From NCBI GenBank assembly GCA_002772645.1, contig PFDK01000003.1, positions 1 through 40,492 of the forward strand: a DNA stretch of 40,492 bases, given 5' to 3'. Under the pieces are notes generated by a model. That model saw nothing but the letters and a program-made list of their open reading frames with translations. It was not told the origin of the DNA and ran no database searches. Positions 26,911 through 35,874 of this stretch are shown here, piece by piece; within the stretch, counting starts at the first letter, position 1, and the number at the start of each line of letters is the position of its first letter. The position numbers and the translations under genes were made by a program. The DNA is from Candidatus Pacebacteria bacterium CG10_big_fil_rev_8_21_14_0_10_56_10. GTDB taxonomy: Bacteria; Patescibacteriota; Microgenomatia; UBA1400; PJMF01.

Positions 26911-27642
26911 ATGAAAGGTATTATTTTGGCGGGCGGCAGCGGCACGCGCCTCCGGCCTCTCACCCGAGTGACCAGCAAGCAGTTGTTGCCGGTGTACAAC
27001 AAACCGATGATTTTTTATCCGCTGGAAACGCTGATCCAGGCCGGCATCAAGGACATTCTGATAATTGTGGCCCCCGATCACGCCGGTGACTTTTTGAAAC
27101 TACTGGGCAGCGGTAAAGAGTTTGGCTGCCGATTTACATTTGAAATCCAGGACAATCCGGAAGGTTTAGCCCAGGCGTTCTTGATCGGTCGCAACTTTAT
27201 CGGTGGCGACCAGGCAACGCTCATCCTGGGAGATAACTTGTTTGAGGACGACTTTAGCTCGGCTATTCAGGGATTTGAGTCCGGTGGCAGGATTTTTGCC
27301 AAACAGGTACCCGACCCTAATCGGTTCGGAGTGGTGGAGTTTGACGATCAGCGGCGGGTGCTGTCCATCATAGAAAAACCTCAGCAGCCCAAGTCCAATT
27401 ACGCGGTCACCGGTATGTATATCTACGACAACAGCGTGGTGGACAAAGCCGCTTCTCTCCAGCCCTCTGAGCGAGGTGAGCTGGAGGTGACCGACATCAA
27501 CAACCTGTACCTCAAGGAAGGTAAACTGGACGTGGCGTTTGTGGAAGGGGAGTGGTTTGACACCGGCACGTTTGAGTCGCTGTTTGCCGCCACTCAGTTC
27601 GCTCGGCGCCAAGCTTTGGCCGCGCAGCCGGACGGCGGATGA
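26911..27642 (+). CDS. rfbA: Glucose-1-phosphate thymidylyltransferase (short form)
   Basis: [53 protein letters not shown]. Confidence 0.93.
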   Translation: MKGIILAGGSGTRLRPLTRVTSKQLLPVYNKPMIFYPLETLIQAGIKDILIIVAPDHAGDFLKLLGSGKEFGCRFTFEIQDNPEGLAQAFLIGRNFIGGDQATLILGDNLFEDDFSSAIQGFESGGRIFAKQVPDPNRFGVVEFDDQRRVLSIIEKPQQPKSNYAVTGMYIYDNSVVDKAASLQPSERGELEVTDINNLYLKEGKLDVAFVEGEWFDTGTFESLFAATQFARRQALAAQPDGG

Positions 27643-27654
27643 CGTGAGGATGAC

Positions 27655-28572
27655 ATGATGGTACCGTTTAGCGCTGTCCGTTTCTGGTTGGTTGGCAGTG
27701 TAGTTGTTGGTTTGTTGATCGGCTGGCAAGCGGCGGTGACAGGTTTGGCAGAGGCGAGCAGGGTGAACAATCTGATCGGGGTGATCTCGGTGCGGGCCCA
27801 GTCACCGCGAAACAGCGGCCCTGGAAGTACTTCAACCGTGTTGCGCAAAGAAGGCCTGGCGGACGAGATCGCCCAACTTCGCCAGACTTACGGCGGACAA
27901 CTGGCCGAGTACCGAGCTGCTTACAACGACTATCAAGTCAGCCGAGCCGAGCTCCAACAGCTCAACACTCTCAAGTCTCTCGAGAAAGCGGTCCAGTCTA
28001 CCAAGGAAGCGATGCGGCTGCGCGACATGGTGCTCAAAACTTACTTAACGCTGGTCAGGTTGGAGCTAATCGATACTTTTGGAGTGACCGCCGAGTACCG
28101 GCAACTAGCTGTGGACAACATCGATGCCACCATCGCCCAGCTCGACAACCATCAGTTCGAAGCTGAACAGATCGGAAACAGGGCCGAAGTAGTGGCCCTA
28201 GCTGACCGGTTTGGTCCGATCGGCACTGCCGCTGATCAGAACGCGGCTTACGCCAAGATTTTGCTCAAGTTAGGCCGGCTGCAGAATGTTTTTGAGCTAG
28301 CTGAGTCACTCAATGAACGGATACAAGCTACCGACATTACGGACTTGCCGCAGCTCACTCAAAACGAGCGGTTACGCGCTTATGACCAGACCAACCTGGA
28401 GTTCAGCCGGGTTGAGGTCAAGCTGCGAGAAACAACAGCAGGGTTGGCGCCCGACGACGGCAGGAACCGACTGCAAACTGACCTTAACCGAAGGCTATCA
28501 GAAGTGTTTGCCGAGTTGTCCAGGTTGGTGGCGCTACTGGACGAGCTAGCGGGGGAGGTTAGTGATGGCTAA
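27655..28572 (+). CDS. Exported helical/coiled-coil protein
   Basis: N-terminal hydrophobic segment followed by heptad-rich helices. Confidence 0.75.
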   Translation: MMVPFSAVRFWLVGSVVVGLLIGWQAAVTGLAEASRVNNLIGVISVRAQSPRNSGPGSTSTVLRKEGLADEIAQLRQTYGGQLAEYRAAYNDYQVSRAELQQLNTLKSLEKAVQSTKEAMRLRDMVLKTYLTLVRLELIDTFGVTAEYRQLAVDNIDATIAQLDNHQFEAEQIGNRAEVVALADRFGPIGTAADQNAAYAKILLKLGRLQNVFELAESLNERIQATDITDLPQLTQNERLRAYDQTNLEFSRVEVKLRETTAGLAPDDGRNRLQTDLNRRLSEVFAELSRLVALLDELAGEVSDG

Positions 28573-29029
28573 GCGCAACAGCGACAGTCAGACTGAGTTT
28601 CAGGCCCAAGCCCCGTTGTACGAGCGGGCGGGGTCACTGGACGAGCTGACGGCCGGGGACGGGACCGGACCTGGCCCGGACCAAGCCGATCCAGCCAACC
28701 ATGCCGATCAAGCCGATCAAGTCGATCGAGCGGACCAAGCTCGGCAGCTGGCCGCCGCCCGCTCGCCGACACGCCGCCGTCGGTGGTTAATACTGGGTGG
28801 GGCGGTAATTGTGTTGATGACGGTAGCGGCGGCGGCGCTGTTACTGTTGTCCGGTCCCCAGCAGTCGGTTTCCACCCAACCGCCGCCGCTCAAAGTTACC
28901 CCTCCGGCCCAGCCGTCCAGCTTGGAGGAGCGCGTTGTCCAGCTGGAGCAGCTGCTCGATGAGGCCGATCCCTCCGGCAGCGAACTGCCGTTCCCACCGG
29001 TAGATATGGACATCCGCTTGGAGCAGTGA
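28565..29029 (+). CDS. Single-pass membrane protein
   Basis: GGAGGT SD upstream; DQAD repeats, RRRR-TM, LPFPPVD tail. Confidence 0.72.
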   Translation: MAKRNSDSQTEFQAQAPLYERAGSLDELTAGDGTGPGPDQADPANHADQADQVDRADQARQLAAARSPTRRRRWLILGGAVIVLMTVAAAALLLLSGPQQSVSTQPPPLKVTPPAQPSSLEERVVQLEQLLDEADPSGSELPFPPVDMDIRLEQ

Positions 29030-29077
29030 ATCAGTGATCTTTATCAGCCGGCTCCACTTCACCGCTGCTCGCACTCA

Positions 29078-29998
29078 CTACTTTTGTTTGGGCGTCGTCC
29101 CGCCCATCGAAAATCGCCACCAGAGAGTGACATAACTCAAGATCAGCCAGAAAGCCACTACAAACACCGGCAAACCGGCCCGGACCAGTTGGGGAGCGAA
29201 GGCCCAGACAGTTAACTGGGCAACAAGTTCGGCTACTACCATCACGTGCAGGAGAAGCTGGATGATTTCTCGCCTTGATAATCCCAGGCTCAGTAACAGT
29301 ACCAGCACGTACGCCAGCACTAAGTCGAGTAAGGACGTCACTAACCGAAAAGGCAGCAGTAGCAGTGGTAGGACCACCACCCCGCCCGCCCGCAGTACCG
29401 GTGTCACCATCATTACTTGTGCTGTCCAGGTGTTAACCGCTTGGCCCAGCGATCCACTGGTGACAGACCAGGCTTGTTCACCCAGCACTGTATCGAGTCC
29501 CAGGCTACGTTGAGCACCAAGTTGGTCTTTGATCAAGATTTGGTCAGCGCTCAACACCACCAAAGCGGAGGCGGTTGCCAAGCCATCGGACCGGCTGGTG
29601 TCAATGACGGCCAAAGAGTCCAGCCGACGGCTGACCGGCTCGAGCACCAGCGGCACGGCACTCAAAGGGAACGGTACTTTGATCACGGCTGGCGGCTCGG
29701 TTTTTAGCCGCCCCTCATCCCAGCTCAAGGTAGTACTTTCAGGGAAAGCCTGTTGAAACTGTTGGCCCACGGCCAGGCTAAACTGGGACCAGCTGGGCGC
29801 GGTGACCACCGCGAACCTGGCCCCGGCTACCAGTCCCAGCAACAAGTAACTAACCACCACAAACCCGAGGGCCTCTGTCCACCTCAGTCGGGCCAGGCGC
29901 GAATAGCTGGCGGCCGAGCTCAAGCTAGCCAGCCAGATCTGCCGGAACTGTTGCCAAAATTGCTGCCAGCTACTTAACCAGCTTCTCAGGATTAACAC
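29078..29998 (-). CDS. Membrane protein (DUF1189-like architecture)
   Basis: TM, extracytoplasmic domain (FP...IDT), 3-4 TMs; TATACT 6 nt before GTG. Confidence 0.7.
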   Translation of the reverse strand: MLILRSWLSSWQQFWQQFRQIWLASLSSAASYSRLARLRWTEALGFVVVSYLLLGLVAGARFAVVTAPSWSQFSLAVGQQFQQAFPESTTLSWDEGRLKTEPPAVIKVPFPLSAVPLVLEPVSRRLDSLAVIDTSRSDGLATASALVVLSADQILIKDQLGAQRSLGLDTVLGEQAWSVTSGSLGQAVNTWTAQVMMVTPVLRAGGVVVLPLLLLPFRLVTSLLDLVLAYVLVLLLSLGLSRREIIQLLLHVMVVAELVAQLTVWAFAPQLVRAGLPVFVVAFWLILSYVTLWWRFSMGGTTPKQK

Positions 29999-30062
29999 CT
30001 GGTGAGTATAACGTGTCTACTAGGCCTAAACAAACTCTGGTAAACTCTGGTAAAATTGGCCC

Positions 30063-30617
30063 ATGGCGTTTGACTTTAGTAATTTTTCGGGCAAGATTGA
30101 CAAAACCATTGATCACATCCACGCCGACCTGGCCAGCTTGCGCTCTAGCAAAGCGGTTCCTCAACTCCTGGACCCGGTCCGAGTAGAACTGTACGGCAAC
30201 CGGCTAAAAGTTCAGGAAGTGGCCTCAATTTCGATCCCTAACGCCGAGTTGTTGCTAGTGTCACCCTGGGACAAGAACGTTATTGGGGAACTAGAGCGGG
30301 CCATCGCCAAAGCGGGCCTTAACCTTAACCCGGTGGTGGACGGCGATGTCATTAGGATTGTTGTCCCGCCGCTGACAGCGCAACGGCGCCGAGAAATGGT
30401 TTCATTGCTGCACCAAAAAACCGAGGACGGTAAAGTGATGCTGCGCAACATCCGTACCGCTACAAAACAGGCTATCGAAGCACAGCGGGGCCAGGCTGGG
30501 GTGAGTGACGACGACGTGGAGCGCGACCTAGCTCGGCTGGACGACCTGCTCGGACAAGCGATGACCACCATCGACAAGCTAGTTGAGTCCAAAGAATCAG
30601 ACTTGATGAAAGTCTGA
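30063..30617 (+). CDS. frr: Ribosome recycling factor
   Basis: LR..KA.PQLLD, PWD, GLNLNP..DG.VIRI.VPPLT..RR, LRNIR. Confidence 0.96.
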   Translation: MAFDFSNFSGKIDKTIDHIHADLASLRSSKAVPQLLDPVRVELYGNRLKVQEVASISIPNAELLLVSPWDKNVIGELERAIAKAGLNLNPVVDGDVIRIVVPPLTAQRRREMVSLLHQKTEDGKVMLRNIRTATKQAIEAQRGQAGVSDDDVERDLARLDDLLGQAMTTIDKLVESKESDLMKV

Positions 30618-30649
30618 CCGGCCACCTTAGGACAGCCTGGATACACCTC

Positions 30650-31888
30650 ATGACACTAGTCAGTATTATTACCTTCAGTTTAGTTCTATCGCTGATTGTG
30701 TTTGTCCATGAACTGGGACATTTTTTGGCGGCGATGTGGGCCGGCGTCAAGGTTGAGGAGTTTGGACTGGGTTTTCCGCCGCGAGCAGTCAGACTGTTCA
30801 AGCGTTGGGGGGTGGAGTTTAGCTTAAACTGGGTGCCGTTTGGCGGGTTTGTGAAGATGGAGGGAGAGGAACCGCCTGATGACGCCGGTTGGCCGTCGCG
30901 TCCTCGGCAGTCAGATAAACGGCTGACTCAGCTCTCTGGTCGGCGACAGCCGTTTTACGCCTTGTCTGCGGGCAAGCGGACTGGGGTGATCGTGGCCGGG
31001 GTAGCAGCCAACTTTATTTTTGGGTTGGTGGCGTTCACAGTAGTCTTCTCCCGGGTGGGTATTCCCACTCAGTTGGCAGAACCTCGGGTAGGCCAGGTGG
31101 CGGAGGACTCGCCGGCGGCCCAGGCAGGACTGCCGGCCGATGTGACGATCACCGCTATCCAAGTGCTAGGACCAGACAGTGCTCCTGACCAGTCAGCCGG
31201 TCAACCGAGCGACCAGTCAGCCGACCAGCTACCCGACTTGCCGGCTATCCCAGTCAAGACCCCAGACGATGTTATCGCCGTGGTCAACACCCACCGCGGC
31301 CGGCGGCTGCGGCTGAGCACCACCGGTGAGTGCAACAACCACGTGGCCTGCTCGTCCCAAGCGCAGCAGTTTGACATTTATGCCAGAACGGCCGAGGAAA
31401 CACCCCAGGGCGAGGGCTCGCTGGGAATTGGGTTTACCAACTCAGCGCTGAAGTTCTTCCCGTGGTACGAGATGCCGGTCAGGAGCGCTTGGGTAGGTTT
31501 TCAACAGACTACTATCCTGATCCTGTTAACACTTCAAGGATTGGGACGGGTGTTCCTTCAACTGTTCGGTGGCGTTGTTCCCCAGGATGTGGCCGGTCCG
31601 ATCGGCATTGTTCACCAGGCCCAGCAGAGCGGGATTTTTGAAGAAGGGGCGCTGGCCCTGCTCAATTTTGCCGGCATCATCTCGGTCAGCATCGGAGTGA
31701 TGAACTTACTGCCCATCCCGATTGTCGACGGTGGCCGAGCAGTGTTTGTGGGCTTAGAGCAGGTATTGGGGAGGTCCCGGGCCAGTCGGATCGAGGGCTA
31801 TGCCAACTATGGCGGAATGGCGCTGATTGTGGCGCTGATCGTGGCTGTCACGGTGCTCGACATTTCCCGAATTATCAGCCCGTCTTAA
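30650..31888 (+). CDS. rseP: RseP/RIP M50 metalloprotease with PDZ-like domain
   Basis: HELGH, EEFGLGFPP, PFGGFVK, AGV.AN, SPAAQAGL, GPIGI, NLLPIPIVDGG. Confidence 0.93.
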   Translation: MTLVSIITFSLVLSLIVFVHELGHFLAAMWAGVKVEEFGLGFPPRAVRLFKRWGVEFSLNWVPFGGFVKMEGEEPPDDAGWPSRPRQSDKRLTQLSGRRQPFYALSAGKRTGVIVAGVAANFIFGLVAFTVVFSRVGIPTQLAEPRVGQVAEDSPAAQAGLPADVTITAIQVLGPDSAPDQSAGQPSDQSADQLPDLPAIPVKTPDDVIAVVNTHRGRRLRLSTTGECNNHVACSSQAQQFDIYARTAEETPQGEGSLGIGFTNSALKFFPWYEMPVRSAWVGFQQTTILILLTLQGLGRVFLQLFGGVVPQDVAGPIGIVHQAQQSGIFEEGALALLNFAGIISVSIGVMNLLPIPIVDGGRAVFVGLEQVLGRSRASRIEGYANYGGMALIVALIVAVTVLDISRIISPS

Positions 31889-32053
31889 CTTTAGTATGAT
31901 AGGCAGACGGACAAAGTATCAGCTAAAAAATGTCTGGCCGCGGGTATCGGCAACCTAGCTTGCCGCAGTCGCAGTCATTGATAAATGCTCAGCAATTGGG
32001 GACAATAAGATTTAAGAGCGTTATAATACAGCCTCCGGAAAGGTATAAACTCA

Positions 32054-33244
32054 ATGTCAAAAAAGAGCTTAGTGATAGTGTTGCTGTTGTACGTAGTCTC
32101 CGCGGCGCTGTCTTTTGGAGCTTTTTCTATTTTGGCGAGTCGGCCGGTGCCCGCCCAAACCGGGCCCGAGCCGGAGGTGACGGCCAGCAGACTGTCCAGT
32201 CTGCTTGTCATCGACCCTAACGAACCGCTCGACCAAGCTTGCCCGCTTAGCGGCCAGCTTTATACCCAGACTGAGCGGAACGCCTGGGAAGAGAAACGGC
32301 CGCTGGCGGTGATGATCGAGAACGCGCCGGACGCCCGGCCCCAATCAGGCTTGTCTCAGGCAGACGTGGTGTTTGAGGCAGTGGCCGAAGGCGGGGTAAC
32401 CAGGTTTATGGGCCTGTTTTACTGCGATGTCCAGCGCGAGGACACCACTTTGGCTCCGGTCCGCTCAGCCCGAACCTATTTTGTGGACTATGCCTCTGGT
32501 TTTAACTTGCCGCTGTACGTCCACGTGGGCGGGGCCAACGTTCCCGGTCCCACTGACGCGCTGGGCCAGATCAGCGACTACGGTTGGAACGGCCGCAACG
32601 ACCTCAACCAGTTCTCGATTGGTTATCCCACTTTTGTTCGCGACTACAATCGGTTAGAGGGCAAGGCACTGGCTACCGAACACACCATGGTAGCTACCAC
32701 TGAAGGTCTGTGGAAAGTGGCTGCCGAGCGAGGATGGGGCAATGTTGAGCCTGATCGGACCGTTCGCGGCCAAACTGTCGAGGGCAAGCCGTGGCAAGAG
32801 GGCTACCGGAGTTGGCAGTTTGAGGATGGGGAGACCGCCACCGAACCTGTCCAGACCATCAGCTACGAGTTCTGGACGGGCTATGACCAGTACGCCGTTG
32901 ACTGGCAGTACGACCAAGCCACCAATACTTACCTTCGCAGTCACGGCGGGGAGGCCCACATCGACCTTAACAATGATCAGCGAGTGGCGGCAGCCAACGT
33001 CATTGCCCTGCTGACAACCGAGAAGGGCCCGATTAACGAGAAAAAACACATGTTGTACGGCACCACCGGCACCGGAGATGCTCTGATATTCCGCAATGGA
33101 GAAGCGATCGAGGGCAGTTGGTCAAAGCAAGACCGAGAGTCAGAACTAAAGTTTTTTGACGACCGCGGCCGGGAAGTGTCGCTGGCCAGAGGCATGGTGT
33201 GGATCTCGGTGCTCAACGAAGCTACTCAGGTGCAGTACCAATAA
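32054..33244 (+). CDS. DUF3048-family surface protein
   Basis: RPLAVMIEN..ARPQSGLS.ADVVFE..AEGGVTRF, PVRSAR, G.W.K motifs. Confidence 0.85.
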   Translation: MSKKSLVIVLLLYVVSAALSFGAFSILASRPVPAQTGPEPEVTASRLSSLLVIDPNEPLDQACPLSGQLYTQTERNAWEEKRPLAVMIENAPDARPQSGLSQADVVFEAVAEGGVTRFMGLFYCDVQREDTTLAPVRSARTYFVDYASGFNLPLYVHVGGANVPGPTDALGQISDYGWNGRNDLNQFSIGYPTFVRDYNRLEGKALATEHTMVATTEGLWKVAAERGWGNVEPDRTVRGQTVEGKPWQEGYRSWQFEDGETATEPVQTISYEFWTGYDQYAVDWQYDQATNTYLRSHGGEAHIDLNNDQRVAAANVIALLTTEKGPINEKKHMLYGTTGTGDALIFRNGEAIEGSWSKQDRESELKFFDDRGREVSLARGMVWISVLNEATQVQYQ

Positions 33245-33285
33245 TTGCCAGCTGTGGCAGTTGGCCGATTTACAGCGTATACATT

Positions 33286-33348
33286 GACAGCATGAGTAGA
33301 CAGCATCAGTAAACAGAACATCGGCATGGATACCATGCCCATCGGCAT
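33286..33348 (+). promoter_or_regulatory. Direct and inverted repeats upstream of the wHTH-MNT gene
   Basis: GACAGCATGAGTA / GACAGCATCAGTA (33286-33311); GGCATGG-ATA-CCATGCC (33323-33339); TTGACA at 33284. Confidence 0.45.
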
Positions 33349-33948
33349 ATGAGTAAACTTCAAGACTTTATGATCTCTCGGACTCGAGCGAGAATGATGG
33401 AGTTGTTCTTCCGGCAACCAGATGAGATGTTTTATGTTCGCGAAATTACCCGAGCAACCAAGGAGGAAATTAACGCCGTCCGGCGCGAGCTGGGGCGGAT
33501 GACCGGCTACGGCCTGTTGCTGAGCGAGCGGCGCGGCAACCGGCTGTACTATCGGCTCAACAAAGCCTACACATACTACCCGGAGTTGTTACAGATGGTA
33601 GCCAAATCAATCGGGCTGGGCGCCAAGATCCGCAAACTGCGCCGCAAGCTGGGTAGTGTGGAGTTCGTGGTGTTCTCGACCAAGTTTGTTCGCGGCCAGC
33701 GACCGCTCCAGGATGAAGTAGATATCTTAGTGATCGGTGACGTGGTTTTGCCCGAACTCCAGGCTTTGGTCAAAGAACAAGAAGAAGAGCTGGGCCGTGA
33801 GATCAAGTTTGCCGTTTTTGACAATGGTGAGTTCACTTTCCGCAAGAACCGCCGAGACCCGTTCATGATGGACATTCTCTACGGCAGCCGGGTAATGGTC
33901 ATCGGCAGTGAAGAAGAGTTCGTGGAACGCCAACGGGCCGGGTTCTAG
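33349..33948 (+). CDS. Winged-helix plus degenerate minimal nucleotidyltransferase protein
   Basis: SRTR..F..P...YVREI.R....INAVRREL..GNRLYY (wHTH); DEVDILVIG, LGREI (MNT-like). Confidence 0.82.
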   Translation: MSKLQDFMISRTRARMMELFFRQPDEMFYVREITRATKEEINAVRRELGRMTGYGLLLSERRGNRLYYRLNKAYTYYPELLQMVAKSIGLGAKIRKLRRKLGSVEFVVFSTKFVRGQRPLQDEVDILVIGDVVLPELQALVKEQEEELGREIKFAVFDNGEFTFRKNRRDPFMMDILYGSRVMVIGSEEEFVERQRAGF

Positions 33949-34023
33949 AGTTCTAGGGGTTGTTGGAGTTCTTAGGAGTTGTGGGGTCGCGGTTGATTAT
34001 CAAAGTTTTGCCGGCAGTAGCGC

Positions 34024-35667
34024 TTACTGCTGACGTTGCCTGGCTGCCGAGAGCAGTTGGTCACGGGTGTTCTTTTCTGGTTGCTCTAAGACCACTTCAA
34101 ATAAATGATCGAGAATAGTCCCGATTTCTGGCCCCGGTTTGAGCCCCAGCTCGCGTATCAGGTCGTGGCCGTTAATAGCTAGGTCTGTTACCTCCAGCGG
34201 TTGGTGAAGTTGGGCGATCATTCGTTGCTTCATTTCCTCGAGACGCCAGCTTGTCCGCTTGGCACCGGAGCCCAGTCGGTCAGCCTCACGCAAGTCAAGG
34301 ATGTCGTCGAGATTGTCGAGGTTGACTTTGCGCATAAAGCGGCGAATAGCACCATCAGTATTTTCCGGCTGGTAATGGAACATGTGGTAGCGCACCAGGG
34401 TGAAAACTCGGTCCTGATCTTTCTTTGACAGTCGCAGCCGCTTGGCAATGCTCTTGGCAATCCGGGCGCCGACGACTTCATGGTTATAAAAAGTGATGGT
34501 GTTTTTCTGAAACTGCTGGGTTTGCGGTTTGGAGATGTCGTGAAAGAGGGTGGCCAGTCTGACCACCGCGTCGGGCGAGGGGCACTCACGAAGCGAGTCC
34601 AGGCTGTGCCTCCAAACATCGGTAGTGTGATGGCCACCTTGCTCAACGCCTTTCGTCTCGAGCAGTTCCGGTATAAGCTTGGCCAGCAGCCCGGTTTCGT
34701 CCAGCAGTTCGATGGCCTCAGCGGCAAAATTAGTGGCCAGCATCTTCATAAACTCGTCACCGATCCGCTCCCAACTGACGTGGCCGATCAAGTCCCGGTG
34801 CCGGCAGATGGCGTCAAAAGTCTGCTCGTCGATGCCCATGTTGAGCTGGGCTGATAACCTGACGGCTCTGAGCATCCGCAGGGCATCTTCTTGAAACCGC
34901 TGATGGGGGTCACCGACGGTTTTAATGGTGCCCTGCTGTATGTCGGCCTGACCGCCAAAGGGGTCGATTAGCTGGACTGCTTCTGCTGGAATCGCCAGCC
35001 GCTCGGCAGCGGACCGCCAGTCGGTCCGGTTTATTTGGTGTTCCAGCTGATCAGGGCTGATGGCCAGCGCCATGGCATTGATGGTGAAGTCTCGCCTGGC
35101 CAAATCTTCCGAAAGAGAACTGCCCCAGCTCACTTGGCTGGGTCGGCGATGGTCGTGGTACGAGCTTTCCGAACGGAAGGTAGTGATCTGGTAGTTGGGG
35201 TGGTTTTGGCCGGGCCCAGAAGCCGTGGCGTCATCGTCAGCTTGGTTTGCTGAGCGCTGAAGAGAGCGATGGACTTTGCCGGCCCTGGCCAAGTCAATGA
35301 TCCGGTCCGAGGCCGGTCGCGAGCGGTGGTGGGCCGGCTGCTGTTGCTCAGCATTCTCGGCCGTGTCTCGGCCCAGCTGGGCTAGGGCTTGCCGGTGAGT
35401 CAGGCTGACTGTCCCAAACTCGTTTTCGTAAAAACTTTCCGGGAACAAAGCCATGATCTGGTCAGGGGTAGCATCGGTAGTAAAGTCAAAGTCGATCACA
35501 CCACTGGGCTCACTGGGCGTCCGCTCACCGCTTGTTGGCCCAGGTAAGCGGTGACTGACCAGCACGTCGCGGACCGCCCCGCCCACGATGTAAGCCTGGT
35601 GGCCGGCCACCGTTAGGGAACGGAGGATAAACAACACCGGTAGAGGAAGGATGAGATCTTGCTCCAT
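34024..35667 (-). CDS. cca: Class II tRNA nucleotidyltransferase (CCA-adding) with HD domain
   Basis: VGGAVRD, DFDFTT, EDLARRDFTINA, DPFGG, RFQEDALRMLRA, ERI..E, HSL..FHDISKP. Confidence 0.92.
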   Translation of the reverse strand: MEQDLILPLPVLFILRSLTVAGHQAYIVGGAVRDVLVSHRLPGPTSGERTPSEPSGVIDFDFTTDATPDQIMALFPESFYENEFGTVSLTHRQALAQLGRDTAENAEQQQPAHHRSRPASDRIIDLARAGKVHRSLQRSANQADDDATASGPGQNHPNYQITTFRSESSYHDHRRPSQVSWGSSLSEDLARRDFTINAMALAISPDQLEHQINRTDWRSAAERLAIPAEAVQLIDPFGGQADIQQGTIKTVGDPHQRFQEDALRMLRAVRLSAQLNMGIDEQTFDAICRHRDLIGHVSWERIGDEFMKMLATNFAAEAIELLDETGLLAKLIPELLETKGVEQGGHHTTDVWRHSLDSLRECPSPDAVVRLATLFHDISKPQTQQFQKNTITFYNHEVVGARIAKSIAKRLRLSKKDQDRVFTLVRYHMFHYQPENTDGAIRRFMRKVNLDNLDDILDLREADRLGSGAKRTSWRLEEMKQRMIAQLHQPLEVTDLAINGHDLIRELGLKPGPEIGTILDHLFEVVLEQPEKNTRDQLLSAARQRQQ

Positions 35668-35874
35668 GAGCCGATTAGTTCAGGGTGGCGTCAGGTCCAA
35701 CAACATCTCAAGTATACCAGGGCAACCCGGTGGCAAGTGGCCCAGACACTCACCTTTGCAGCATCATTTTGTTGAGGTGATTGGCGTGTGAAGCGCGCTT
35801 AGGTTCAACCCCGCCAGATTTAACGCCAGATTTAACTCTCCTCAGATATCCGGTAATTGGTTACACTTAGGCCG

